Origin: Acidobacteriota bacterium
Lineage (GTDB): Bacteria; Acidobacteriota; UBA6911
Length of the DNA: 43,166 nt
Assembly (NCBI GenBank): GCA_035631775.1
Contig: DASQID010000382.1
Location: forward strand, 1 to 43,166
Direction: 5' to 3'
Part shown: positions 10,399 through 19,722 of the stretch, in pieces
How the letters are laid out: every line of letters starts with the position of its first letter
Position numbering within the stretch: the first letter of the stretch is position 1
Made by a program: the position numbers and the translations under genes
The notes under the pieces: model-generated
Database searches by the model: none
What the model was told of the DNA's origin: nothing
What the model saw: the letters and a program-made list of their open reading frames with translations, nothing else

Positions 10399-12264
10399 TC
10401 ACCTGGACCTGCCGGTGGCATACTTCTCTTTCCTGATGATCCCGGAACCTTCCTTGATCGTGAGGATTTGATTGGCTTCGATGTGGGTGAAGGTCTCGAA
10501 CTTTTGTGTCGTCGGCCAGCGGACTTCGATCAGATCCGCGAAGGCTGCGCCCCCCAGTCCGAAATGAAGGCGCAAATCGCTCTGCGACATTACGCTGCCT
10601 CCACTGCTCACCTCATTGATCTGAGCATGACTGCCCGTGACGACGCGGACGCGTGCACCGATAGCTGTCCGATTGCAGTGAACGCCGATCAACTTGATTG
10701 TAATCGAATTATTTCGGTTTCCACCGTCGTTGCGGAGCAGCGAGGGGGGATCATTGAGATTGAGTACCAAGACATCCGTGTCTCCGTCATTGTCGTAATC
10801 CCCATAGGCGCTGCCTCGGCTGGAGAATCGTTCGCTGACGCCTGGCCCGAGCTGCCCTGAGACATCCACAAACTTGCCATTTCCCTGGTTGCGCATGACT
10901 ATCCTGGGCGATCTGAAGGTATCCAAGTTGTCCTTGACAAATCCGGGATAGACATGGCCGGTAACGAAAAAAATGTCGGGCCAGCCGTCATTGTCATAAT
11001 CCATGAAGGCCGCCCCCCAGCCGACATACTTGGTCAGGTTGCCCATTCCCGCGGCGAAGGTTACATCTGTGAAGGTTCCATCGCCGTTATTCTGAAACAA
11101 CACCGGAGTGTCATCCTGGAAATGGGTCTTGAAAATGTCCAGCCAGCCGTCCCCATTGAAGTCGCCCACGCCCAGCCCCATGCCTGCCTGCTCCCGACCC
11201 TCCTCGTTGTAGGCACATCCGGCCAGAAGGGCAATATCACTGAAGGTGCCGTCATGGTTGTTGTGGAAGAGAAGACTCGGCATGGAATCCACGGCCACAT
11301 AAATGTCCGGCCAGCCGTCGTTGTCAAAGTCATAGGAGACCGAGGTGATCGAATATCGGGGGCCAGGCTTGAGAATGCCGGCTTTCTCTGAAACGTCCGT
11401 GAATGTGCCGTCTCCGTTGTTGTGATAGAGAATGTTCTTTCCCGGGGGCAGGCCCCTGGGACCGCAGACGACTGGCTTGTCGTGCCAAAAGCATCCGCCC
11501 GGCTCCCCCGGCTTTGCGACCTTTGTGATGTCCAGGTCAATGAAATTGCAGACGAACAGATCCAGGAAGCCATCGCGATCGAAATCAAAAAAAGTGGCTC
11601 CCGTGCCCCAACGGACCCGTTCCTCATACAGTCCCGCCTTGCGGGTCACATCGGTGAATGTGCCGTCGCCATTGTTGTGGAAAAGGATGTTGTGTCCCCA
11701 GTAGGTGCAGAAGAGGTCATCGCGGCCGTCGTTATCGAAATCACCGATACAGACTCCCGTCCCCCAACCCGTGCGTCCCACGCCGGCGCGTGCGGTCACG
11801 TCGGTAAACCTTCCGTTCCTGTCGTTTCTATAGAGCCGGGAAATGGGCGCAGTTGCGGGAGTATACGTCTCCCCGAAACGGATGCCGTTGGTCAGGTAGA
11901 TATCCAGCCACCCGTCGCTGTCAAAATCATAGAAGGCCAGGCCGCTTCCTTTGACTTCGACTATGTACTTTTGGGAGTCCCGCCTCCCCCAAACGTTTGA
12001 AGTGGTCAATCCTGATTCGCGGGCCACATCGAGAAATGTCACTCCCTGCCCCTCTTGTTGAGGTTGGGAGACTTGCGCACGCGGCGCTGGGGGGGATTGG
12101 CCGTGGATTGACAAAGAGGTGAACTCAAGGAGCAAGAGTGCATGCAGAAGGATGAGAAAGACCAATGTGGATGGCTTTCGCACTACAATTCGTGAAATTT
12201 TCCGCAGAGGATATTCCAACGAATCCAAGACCGGGATACGAAACTTGGATCGGGCCTGTTTCAT
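10399..12264 (-). CDS. CRTAC1-family protein (FG-GAP/VCBS repeats + ASPIC/UnbV C-terminal domain)
   Basis: 621 aa with an N-terminal hydrophobic signal. Repeated FDxDxDGxxDI units (FDSDGWLDIYL, FDNDGRDDLF, FDRDGFLDLF, FDNDGWPDIYV, FNGDGWLDIF, YDNDGWPDIFF, YDNDGDTDVLV). C-terminal GARVRV..G...Q..EV.SGGS.MSQSD..LHFGLG....D.IEVRWP. The start overlaps the upstream TPR stop (ATGA). Confidence 0.9.
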   Translation of the reverse strand: MKQARSKFRIPVLDSLEYPLRKISRIVVRKPSTLVFLILLHALLLLEFTSLSIHGQSPPAPRAQVSQPQQEGQGVTFLDVARESGLTTSNVWGRRDSQKYIVEVKGSGLAFYDFDSDGWLDIYLTNGIRFGETYTPATAPISRLYRNDRNGRFTDVTARAGVGRTGWGTGVCIGDFDNDGRDDLFCTYWGHNILFHNNGDGTFTDVTRKAGLYEERVRWGTGATFFDFDRDGFLDLFVCNFIDLDITKVAKPGEPGGCFWHDKPVVCGPRGLPPGKNILYHNNGDGTFTDVSEKAGILKPGPRYSITSVSYDFDNDGWPDIYVAVDSMPSLLFHNNHDGTFSDIALLAGCAYNEEGREQAGMGLGVGDFNGDGWLDIFKTHFQDDTPVLFQNNGDGTFTDVTFAAGMGNLTKYVGWGAAFMDYDNDGWPDIFFVTGHVYPGFVKDNLDTFRSPRIVMRNQGNGKFVDVSGQLGPGVSERFSSRGSAYGDYDNDGDTDVLVLNLNDPPSLLRNDGGNRNNSITIKLIGVHCNRTAIGARVRVVTGSHAQINEVSSGGSVMSQSDLRLHFGLGGAAFADLIEVRWPTTQKFETFTHIEANQILTIKEGSGIIRKEKYATGRSR

Positions 12265-13271
12265 TTCTGGCTCGGCGCCTGCTTCAGCTTCTGGAAAATG
12301 CTGAGCTCTGCTTCGGCTCGCGCCGGTTCACCCAATTGTCTATACACATGGGCCAGTGTGAAATGCGCCTCAGGGTAAGTCGGATCGAGTTCGATGGCTT
12401 TCTTCAACTCATCGGCGGCGTCGGTGAATCTCTTCTGTTTTCCCAATAGTATTCCCAGTTGATGGTGGGTCTGCGGCAGCCTGGGACCAAGGGCGACCGA
12501 TTCCCTCAAAACGGGCTCTGCCTGATCCAGTGCCCCTTGCCTCAAGAGAAGCGTGCCATAGTTCAAGGGCGGCCACGGCGATGCCGGGCTCTGTTTGCGA
12601 TTCAAATCGACGGCCCGTTCGTAATACTTCAGTGCCAACTCATTGTTGCTCATTCCCTCATAACAAAGACCGAGGTTGTCGTAGGCTCTGGTAAACCCCG
12701 GGTCCAATTCCAAGGCTTTGTTGAATTTCTCAACCGCTGACTCAAAGGCATAATTGTCGTAGGCGATGCGTCCCTGCCAATAAGGATAGAGCGCATTTTT
12801 CGGATTGGACTGGGCTAGTTTTACAAATTCTTCGGACGCCCAATCGGTTTTCCGCATACCCACAAAGCAGAGGGCTAAAGTGAACTGATCGGGTTCCTTG
12901 AGCGATTCCACCCGTTCTGCCTTCTTCATGGCTATAGAACAATTCAGCGGCTTGTTATCCATGAGGAAAATTCGGGCGAGAAATGTGAGGATGTGCGGGG
13001 ACTTCGGATACTGTTCGACCAGCTTAGTCAGCGTGTTCTCCGCGAGCTCATAGTTGCCGGTCTTGAGCGCGTTGGCAATCAGAGTCCGGGCATCTTCGGA
13101 TATGCTCCAGGAAGGCAGGGCCGGAGCTTGGGGGATATCCTCTTTTTGTATTGGGGGGCCGGATGGGCGGGACTTTTCGTCAGTGGTTTGAGCCCGTGAA
13201 GGTGGTGAACTGAGGCTCGTCAGAAGCACCAGGCACATGGCGATAAGGGCCGGCGGGTGAGACTGAGGCAT
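12261..13271 (-). CDS. Secreted TPR-repeat protein
   Basis: 336 aa, GGGAG upstream. Signal peptide LIAMCLVLLTSLSSPPSRAQ. Multiple TPR units (AxxxYxxAlelDP pattern, e.g. KALELDPGFTRAYDNLG, KAIELDPTYPEAHFTLA). Confidence 0.85.
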   Translation of the reverse strand: MPQSHPPALIAMCLVLLTSLSSPPSRAQTTDEKSRPSGPPIQKEDIPQAPALPSWSISEDARTLIANALKTGNYELAENTLTKLVEQYPKSPHILTFLARIFLMDNKPLNCSIAMKKAERVESLKEPDQFTLALCFVGMRKTDWASEEFVKLAQSNPKNALYPYWQGRIAYDNYAFESAVEKFNKALELDPGFTRAYDNLGLCYEGMSNNELALKYYERAVDLNRKQSPASPWPPLNYGTLLLRQGALDQAEPVLRESVALGPRLPQTHHQLGILLGKQKRFTDAADELKKAIELDPTYPEAHFTLAHVYRQLGEPARAEAELSIFQKLKQAPSQK

Positions 13272-13428
13272 TTCTGCTCCCTTGAATCATTGAAACGGCA
13301 AGGCGGCACTTGGTGACCCCATGTGCACGACTACGCCGCTCGGAGGGTTCCTCCCTTTCCAACTTCGATCCCGTCAGCTACCACCCGCAGAGCGGGTGGC
13401 TTGAGGACACCCCCCATGAAGAGCTTCA

Positions 13429-15012
13429 TCAATACGGCCTCACTTCGATAGTCCGCAGGAGAGAGGCTTCCCTTTCCGTCCGCTTTTTCGACACGTCGTC
13501 GAATCGTTTTTGCTGGGCTTCGGCCCGTGGATCCTTCATGGCCTGATACAGTCGCAAGAGCTGCATGTTGCCGGCGAAGCTGTCGGGTTCGAGGACTACT
13601 GCCCGCTGCAGCGCCGCCTCGGCCGCCGCGTAATTCTTTCGCCGGATTTCGAGTTGGCCCAGCTCAGCCAAAGCTTCCGGAAAGTCAGGATTGGATTTGA
13701 GAGAAAGCTGAATCAGCCTGTAGGCCTCTTCGGGGTTGCCCTCGAGCTTGGAAATCCGCCCCAAATAGTAATTGGCCCCGGCGGCTGCCTCGGGAAGGGC
13801 GGCGACGGGCTCCAGCTCCTTTCGGGCGCGACTATGTTCTCCCAACTGAAAATAGGCCGCTCCAAGCGCCAGTCGGCCCCGCGAGTCCCCAGGCTTGAGC
13901 CGGCAATACTTTTGAAGGTACGGAAGCCCGCTGGATGGCTCCGAGCTCTGCATGAGCACGGACCCGAGAGCATAGTTGGCATATGGATTCTCCGGCGCCA
14001 GGGCAACAGCTTCTTTCAACGACTTTGTGGCATCGATCAACAAATCCAGCTCCACGCAAACGACGCCGAAAAAAAAATGGATTCGAGAGTTCTTGGGATC
14101 CAGCTCCCGGGCGTGGGCGAGGTAGCCCAAGGTCCCCTTGAAATCTCTTTGCTTGTAAGCCACCCGTGCAAGGTCCAGCAGCAGTGGGACTGAAACAGGT
14201 GTAGTGACCGCAGCTTCCAGAGTCTGTCGCGCCATGTCCAGTTTTCCGCGCCTCTCGTCCAACAGCCCGACCTCCCGGAGACTCTCCGGCGAATGGAGCG
14301 ACCGGCTGGTCAATCCCTCCAAGAGTCGATCCACCAGTTGCTCCTTATTATTCAGAACCGGCAGAATGAACAGCACATCAGCGGCCGTGAGGTCCGGATG
14401 GGCCAAGAGGGTGTCGGCCACTCCTGCTGCCTGGCTGGTCCTGCCAAGGCCGGCAAGGCTGGCACAGCGAACAGCGAGCGATTGAGGGTGTCCCTGTTTT
14501 TCGGCGGGCAATTGCGACAGTCCGTGCAGGGCCGCCTGAAAATTGCCCTGCCGCATGGAGAGCACAGCCGTCTGGTAAATCGCTTCGGTATTGTCCGGTT
14601 CGTTGGCGAGAATGCGCTGATAAACTTGAAGTGCCTTGGCCGGGGCCCCGGCATCCCTGGCGGAGTTTTCCTGGTAGAGCCTGCCGAGATTTGCAGCAGC
14701 CCCGGTAAAATGAGGGGACAACTCCAATGCTTTCTTGAAGCTTGTTTCAGCTGCCCGATAGTTTCCTGCCTGTGCTTCCACCACTCCCAGGAAATTGTGG
14801 AGAGAGGACTCCCGGGGGAATCGGACGATTGCATCGGCCAGTTGCCGCCGAGCTTCTTCCCAGCTTCCCTGCTGGAGAAGAACCTGAATTTGCCGGAGCC
14901 GAGCCTCAAGAGGGCTGTCATCCCCTGACAATGCAGTATGAGGAATCGCCAGACAGACCGCAATGCACAGGAGCCGAGTGCAATTCATGAAAGGCCACGA
15001 ATGTGGAATCAT
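13429..15012 (-). CDS. Secreted TPR-repeat protein
   Basis: ORF to 15117. The start is more likely ATG 15012 or 14988 (MNCTRLLCIAVCLAIPHTALSG signal). There are more than 10 TPR units (KKALELSPHF, RILANEPDN, AVALAPENPYANY, SLKSNPDFPEA, AVVLEPDS). Confidence 0.85.
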   Translation of the reverse strand: MIPHSWPFMNCTRLLCIAVCLAIPHTALSGDDSPLEARLRQIQVLLQQGSWEEARRQLADAIVRFPRESSLHNFLGVVEAQAGNYRAAETSFKKALELSPHFTGAAANLGRLYQENSARDAGAPAKALQVYQRILANEPDNTEAIYQTAVLSMRQGNFQAALHGLSQLPAEKQGHPQSLAVRCASLAGLGRTSQAAGVADTLLAHPDLTAADVLFILPVLNNKEQLVDRLLEGLTSRSLHSPESLREVGLLDERRGKLDMARQTLEAAVTTPVSVPLLLDLARVAYKQRDFKGTLGYLAHARELDPKNSRIHFFFGVVCVELDLLIDATKSLKEAVALAPENPYANYALGSVLMQSSEPSSGLPYLQKYCRLKPGDSRGRLALGAAYFQLGEHSRARKELEPVAALPEAAAGANYYLGRISKLEGNPEEAYRLIQLSLKSNPDFPEALAELGQLEIRRKNYAAAEAALQRAVVLEPDSFAGNMQLLRLYQAMKDPRAEAQQKRFDDVSKKRTEREASLLRTIEVRPY

Positions 15013-15265
15013 CGGGCTCCGCGTGAGGCTTGACCTTGGGAAGCAGGAAGCGGATTGTGCAAGAACACGAGATAACAACCCACCACCTTTTGTATTCCCC
15101 TGCGGTCTCCCTCGCAAGGGCGACCTGATACCGGGCTCAATGGTTTCAGTATTTCATATTTGCCTGTCACCGGCAAACTGTCAGATCGTCTGTACACAGC
15201 AGCACGTGCAGAGGCACATAGCGGATGGGGTCCGATTAGGTCAATATCCACCGGGGAGGGCGTGT

Positions 15266-15566
15266 CTTAGGGCTGGCGCAAGAATAAACTCACATTTTGG
15301 CGCGAGCACCGTCGCGCCTGCGGCGCTCCTGGGGCGGGCAGATGCGAGGCGCCGCGACGCAGGCGATATCGGTGTATATCGTCGAGGAGCGGCAACGAAG
15401 CAGATGCCCGCCCGCCGCCGCGCCCCTTCGGGCTGCGCCCCGCAGGCCCGCTGGCGTTGTTGCTCGCTCCTTACATACCACCCCGGGTATGCTCGTCGCT
15501 CGCGCCTCGCCAACGGGCCTGAGGGCCTGCAGCAAAATGCCAAGTAATTCTTGCGCGTGCCCTAAG
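15266..15566 (+). mobile_element. MITE-like family A, full-length copy (~301 bp)
   Basis: Imperfect ~34-bp terminal inverted repeats: cttagggctggcgcaagaataaactcacattttgg ... gcaaaatgccaagtaattcttgcgcgtgccctaag. GC-rich interior with nested inverted repeats (cgcctgcggcgc/gcgccgcgacgcaggcg; cgatat..atatcg; ggcgggca/tgcccgcc). TA flanks both GGGC termini. Sits in the 480-bp gap between the TonB receptor and the TPR gene. Confidence 0.8.
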
Positions 15567-15597
15567 GGCTGGCGCAAGACGCCGATATCTACAGAAT

Positions 15598-18500
15598 CTA
15601 GAAGCCCAGACGCACGCCAACCTGGATGTTTCTCGGGTTGGTTACCGCCCCGTTCCACATTCCAAACGTGGAGCTGTTTATGTCCATGTCGACGGAATAG
15701 CCTGCATTCGCGATCGACTGATCCAGGATATGCCAGTTCCAGACATTGAACATCTCAGCCCGGAGTTGCAGGCTGATATTCTCCCTGAAGTGAAGGTTTT
15801 TCACGATAGCAAAATCCTGGTTGTGGTAACCCTGCTCGCGGTAGTTGGCTACCCGGGGGCCATTTCCCTGATAGTAGTTGAACGAGTCCACCGGCTCGAA
15901 GGCGGACCTGTCGAACAGCGGTTTGCTCACATCCCAACTGCCCGGATCCTGCAACATCGGGTTCTTCAGGATGCCCGGGATGCAGCCCATACCGAACTGA
16001 CCCGGAATGTTGCAATAGCCGGATCGGAAAACGAACGGAGTGCCTCTCGATGCGCGGAAGACCGTGCTGAACGTGAATCCCCCAAATATGGCATTGGCGA
16101 CCTTGTTGCCGCTCATCCAGCGCTTGCCTGTGCCAATGGGTAGCTCATACGAAGCGGCGAGTGAGAAGACCTGGGGCACATCCTCCGGCGATATCGATCT
16201 GTTGCGCTGCCGCTCATAGGGGCTGATAATGCCCGAAGCCCCCGACCAGGTCGCAATGTCCTTCTGAGTGTTATCCGCGGCGTCACTGATCAGCTTGGAG
16301 TTCGTGTAGGAGACCAGGAAAAAGAGCCCGCGGCTGAAGCGCCGCTCCACTTTGGCCTGGAAGGAATGATAAATGGAACTGCCCGCATTTTCATTCATCC
16401 CCAGGATCTTTCCGCAATACTGCGGATATGGCAGCAGGGCCTGCGCCACTGTGGGAGAACATTCGCCCGCGCTTAACTGGTCAACCCACGCTGCATAAGG
16501 AGCTGCAATACCGTCGAGAGACGCCATGCCTGGCTCGAACACATCATTGAGTTTTGCGCCCATGGAAAGGTACTTGGGATCAAGGACATTGATGGGTACG
16601 TTGTTTGAGGGGAGACGCGTCCCCTTGTTTACCACGTATGCCACGCTCAGCATCGTGTCCTTGTCCAACTGATGCTCAATGGTCAGGTTCCACTGCTGGG
16701 CGTAGGGCAAACGATTGGCCTCCACGGGTCGGTAGGTGGGATAACCCTTCCCGTTCTGCTTCGTAGTGTCAATGAACGGGGGGATCTGGCTCGCATCCGG
16801 AGCGGGAAAGCCATCCTGCCAATAGAACGCGGGCTGATAGCCGCCAAATGCGACTGAACTCTTGTTGACGGTGCTGTTGAACCCGTTGGGATCTATCCCG
16901 CCTCCCCATCCAGGATAGAAGGCTTGGGAATAAAATATCCCATATCCGGCCCGGACAACGGTCTTGTTACTTACCGAATAGGCAAAGCCAACTCGGGGGG
17001 CGAAACCATTTTTCCAGGGCTTCTCAGGATACCTCGCACCGTAACTGGCAGGGCCCCATTTGTTGCCGGCCCAGACCATCCGGCCTGGTCTCCCGCCCGC
17101 ACCCGAATTGGCGCCCGTGGGATCGAAGAAGGCCGTGCGATCGTACTTCTCGAAGCTGGGTGTGTAATAGTCCCAGCGAATTCCCAGGTTAAGCGTGAGC
17201 TTGGAAGTCAACCTCCAGGTGTCCCCCACGTGCCAGATATAGCCTCTCTGCCGTGTATAGTAAGAGCCTATGGTTCGGAGGTTGTAGTTGGCACTGTCAA
17301 CCGCGCCCAACAGGAAGCTGGCATAGCCGTTACCACTGTTGAAGCCAGGTAGGCCAGTGGCATTTTCGCCGAAGTAGAAATTACCTGCGTTGTTATCATT
17401 GGAGCGGACGCTGCCATCAATCAAGCGGACCTCCGCTCCGAACTTCCAGGTGTGTTTCCCCCTCACCCAGGTGAGCAGGTCATTCACAACGTTGGTCGGA
17501 CGGGCGGTCGTGTTGGGCAGGCCACCCAAACCGTTGGTAGCTCCATAACCGGCGTAGCCGGAAATCCCAACCGTGGGCGGAATGTCGTTTTTGGCAACGC
17601 CCGCGATCTTCGGAAATTCATTGACGTAGTCTTTGTCAACCGACCCGTAACCTTCATTCCGGTTCAGGTAGCCATAGGAGATGTGGTTGAGCAGGCTTGG
17701 GCTGAAGGTGTGATCCCAGTTGAAGCGGTTCACCCAGGAGAACTGCGGGGCGGAAAATGTCTCACTGGCGATCTGCAACGGGAACACGGACACGAATTTC
17801 GCAGGAGCCCCCTGGTACCAGACTGTGGCCGCGAAGTGGTCCTTTTCGCGGAAGTAGTAGTCTCCCTTGACCAGCCAGTAGTTGGTTTGAGCCAGAATGG
17901 TGTCAGGAACCACAATCGGTGATAGGTAATTGTTGCGGATCCCAGGCTGATTCGGTGTCGGAACATATTTCAGCCAGGCCTTTGCCAGGGAATTTACCAG
18001 CCGCGGATCAGTGGGACAAATGACGTTGGGGGTGTTTCCATTGCACCCCATGAACTGGTTCTTGAGGTAGCGCGAGTTGGTGGGTCCTTCAGGCTTGTCG
18101 GGATCGAAGTTCGGGTTATTCCGAACGGTAGCGGGGTCATAAATGGGAATTAGGTTGCCGCTCCCATCGACCCATTCCGAAAAATCGCCGTTCCGCATCT
18201 TATCCGTTGGGACTGTCAGCGTAGGACGGTTGACGCCTCCCACGATCCGGAATGCCTCATAGTTGATGTAAAAATAGGCTTTGCTCCGGTCGGAGTAGAT
18301 TCCGGGGATCTTCTTGATCCCTGGGGGCTTGACTGGACCGCCCAGATGGAACCCGTAGTCGTTCTCCAAATCCCTGGGTCGTACATCGGCACCGAATTGG
18401 CGGGCATTGAGGCTGTCGTTACGATGATATTCGTAACCGCCGCCATGAAACTCGCTCGTTCCTGATTTGGTGACAGCCACGATGGCCGAGGACAGCGTGG

Positions 18501-19209
18501 AGCCGTACTGAGGCTCGTAGTTGGCCGCAACCAGTTTCATTTCATCCACCATGTCGGGAGTGAGCGGAAAATCCTGGAAGATGGAAACCATACCGTTTTG
18601 GCTCATAAAGCCTTCCTGCATGGTGACCCCATCCATGATGGCCTCATCCCCGGAGGTCAAGCCGCCATTCACGCGGGCGTCGTAGGCAGCGCCGGTGGCC
18701 CCGGTGCTGACGCCCGGCATCAAGATCGCAAAAGTCGCCGAAGAACGGGGTCCGCCCGAAACCAGCAGGGGCAATTCAGCCAGCGTCTTGGGAGAAATGG
18801 AATCTTCCCTGACGGCGTTTTCGGAGTGCAACATTACCACGTTCGAGGAGACTTCGATGGTTTGGGCTTGCTCACCGATCTCCAGCTTGATTTCCTGGCG
18901 CGCGATCTGGTTGATCGCCAGTGTAATGCCGCGCTGCACATATTCCTTGAAACCTTTGGCCGTGACCTTGATCTCATAATTCCCGGCTTTCAGGTTTGGA
19001 AACGAAAACTGTCCGTCCTCTCCGGTAATCACTTTGGCTTCGGACTGTTGGGCGATGTTGGTCAGTGTGACTTCCGCTCCGGCTACAACGGCGCCGCTGG
19101 GATCGACCACACTGCCGTTCAAAGTTGCGTTGAAGCTCTGCCCAAAAGCCAAGGCCGGAACCAACAACAGAATCATTGGGAAAAATGATCTGATCACCCA
19201 CTTGTTCAC
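15598..19209 (-). CDS. TonB-dependent outer-membrane receptor with N-terminal carboxypeptidase-regulatory-like domain
   Basis: 1203 aa with a GTG start preceded by tandem AGGAGGCATT. Signal peptide MILLLVPALAFGQ. CarboxypepD_reg-like segment: GSVVDPSGAVVAGAEVTLTN...GQFSFPNLKAGNYEIKVTAKGF. Plug-like region, a long beta-barrel, and a C-terminal ...NIQVGVRLGF aromatic terminus. Confidence 0.9.
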   Translation of the reverse strand: MNKWVIRSFFPMILLLVPALAFGQSFNATLNGSVVDPSGAVVAGAEVTLTNIAQQSEAKVITGEDGQFSFPNLKAGNYEIKVTAKGFKEYVQRGITLAINQIARQEIKLEIGEQAQTIEVSSNVVMLHSENAVREDSISPKTLAELPLLVSGGPRSSATFAILMPGVSTGATGAAYDARVNGGLTSGDEAIMDGVTMQEGFMSQNGMVSIFQDFPLTPDMVDEMKLVAANYEPQYGSTLSSAIVAVTKSGTSEFHGGGYEYHRNDSLNARQFGADVRPRDLENDYGFHLGGPVKPPGIKKIPGIYSDRSKAYFYINYEAFRIVGGVNRPTLTVPTDKMRNGDFSEWVDGSGNLIPIYDPATVRNNPNFDPDKPEGPTNSRYLKNQFMGCNGNTPNVICPTDPRLVNSLAKAWLKYVPTPNQPGIRNNYLSPIVVPDTILAQTNYWLVKGDYYFREKDHFAATVWYQGAPAKFVSVFPLQIASETFSAPQFSWVNRFNWDHTFSPSLLNHISYGYLNRNEGYGSVDKDYVNEFPKIAGVAKNDIPPTVGISGYAGYGATNGLGGLPNTTARPTNVVNDLLTWVRGKHTWKFGAEVRLIDGSVRSNDNNAGNFYFGENATGLPGFNSGNGYASFLLGAVDSANYNLRTIGSYYTRQRGYIWHVGDTWRLTSKLTLNLGIRWDYYTPSFEKYDRTAFFDPTGANSGAGGRPGRMVWAGNKWGPASYGARYPEKPWKNGFAPRVGFAYSVSNKTVVRAGYGIFYSQAFYPGWGGGIDPNGFNSTVNKSSVAFGGYQPAFYWQDGFPAPDASQIPPFIDTTKQNGKGYPTYRPVEANRLPYAQQWNLTIEHQLDKDTMLSVAYVVNKGTRLPSNNVPINVLDPKYLSMGAKLNDVFEPGMASLDGIAAPYAAWVDQLSAGECSPTVAQALLPYPQYCGKILGMNENAGSSIYHSFQAKVERRFSRGLFFLVSYTNSKLISDAADNTQKDIATWSGASGIISPYERQRNRSISPEDVPQVFSLAASYELPIGTGKRWMSGNKVANAIFGGFTFSTVFRASRGTPFVFRSGYCNIPGQFGMGCIPGILKNPMLQDPGSWDVSKPLFDRSAFEPVDSFNYYQGNGPRVANYREQGYHNQDFAIVKNLHFRENISLQLRAEMFNVWNWHILDQSIANAGYSVDMDINSSTFGMWNGAVTNPRNIQVGVRLGF

Positions 19210-19681
19210 TTAAATGCCTCCTTTCAATGCCTCCTTCTGATTGCGAGGGGTACGGGACGCCAGGAGCCAAGCCGCCGCCCTCTCTTTTAGAATTCTCCAG
19301 GCAGTCTGTGGAGATCCACCCTTCTTATGGAGTCCCCTGTCTGCAGCATTCGACCTAGCCTCTTTCGGATCTTCCTCTGTTCACGCGAGATCCGCATCCT
19401 TGGTTGAGCCAATACCTTGATAGGCAGTACCTATCTCAGTAAGTTGTAACGTTCGAAGAGGAGCGGATTGTTGGAGTACTCATATTCTCCCGAGCGATGA
19501 GAATACGGTATCGCGCTCTGTTGAAAATATAGGGTCATCCTAATGTCTGAAGATAGTCCTGTAAAGAAGATTCTCGAAAATTGATGGCATCCGCGTTGCC
19601 CAGTCGCCCAGCGGCAATTGCCTGGGATTATGCGGGATTTGGGATTGAGCAATAAGTACTTTGCGGTTCGGCCTCCCGTGC

Positions 19682-19697
19682 GCATATCATGATATGC
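19682..19697. promoter_or_regulatory. Perfect 16-bp palindrome GCATATCATGATATGC, candidate operator
   Basis: The sequence is its own reverse complement. It lies in the comparatively AT-rich divergent intergenic region, 26 bp upstream of the TPR ORF start (19723) and ~470 bp upstream of the TonB-receptor start. Confidence 0.35.
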
Positions 19698-19722
19698 TGT
19701 TTCATCTTGTCAGTAGCTATCT

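Noticed and set aside
15241-15543. 100-aa ORF inside MITE A. It shares the peptide YPGWYVRSEQQ.QRAC with ORF 6806-7027, which at first looked like a conserved small protein.
   Set aside because: The shared peptide simply reflects the nucleotide repeat. The frames are truncated differently in each partial copy, have no RBS and are extremely R/A/P-rich. The same applies to the ORFs across MITE B (8504-9052, 26537-27043, 26885-27115).
19210-19430. Possible cobalamin or other riboswitch in the TonB-receptor leader.
   Set aside because: I could not find a B12-box-like element or other riboswitch core consensus by eye. It is kept only as a low-interest leader observation pending an Infernal/Rfam scan.
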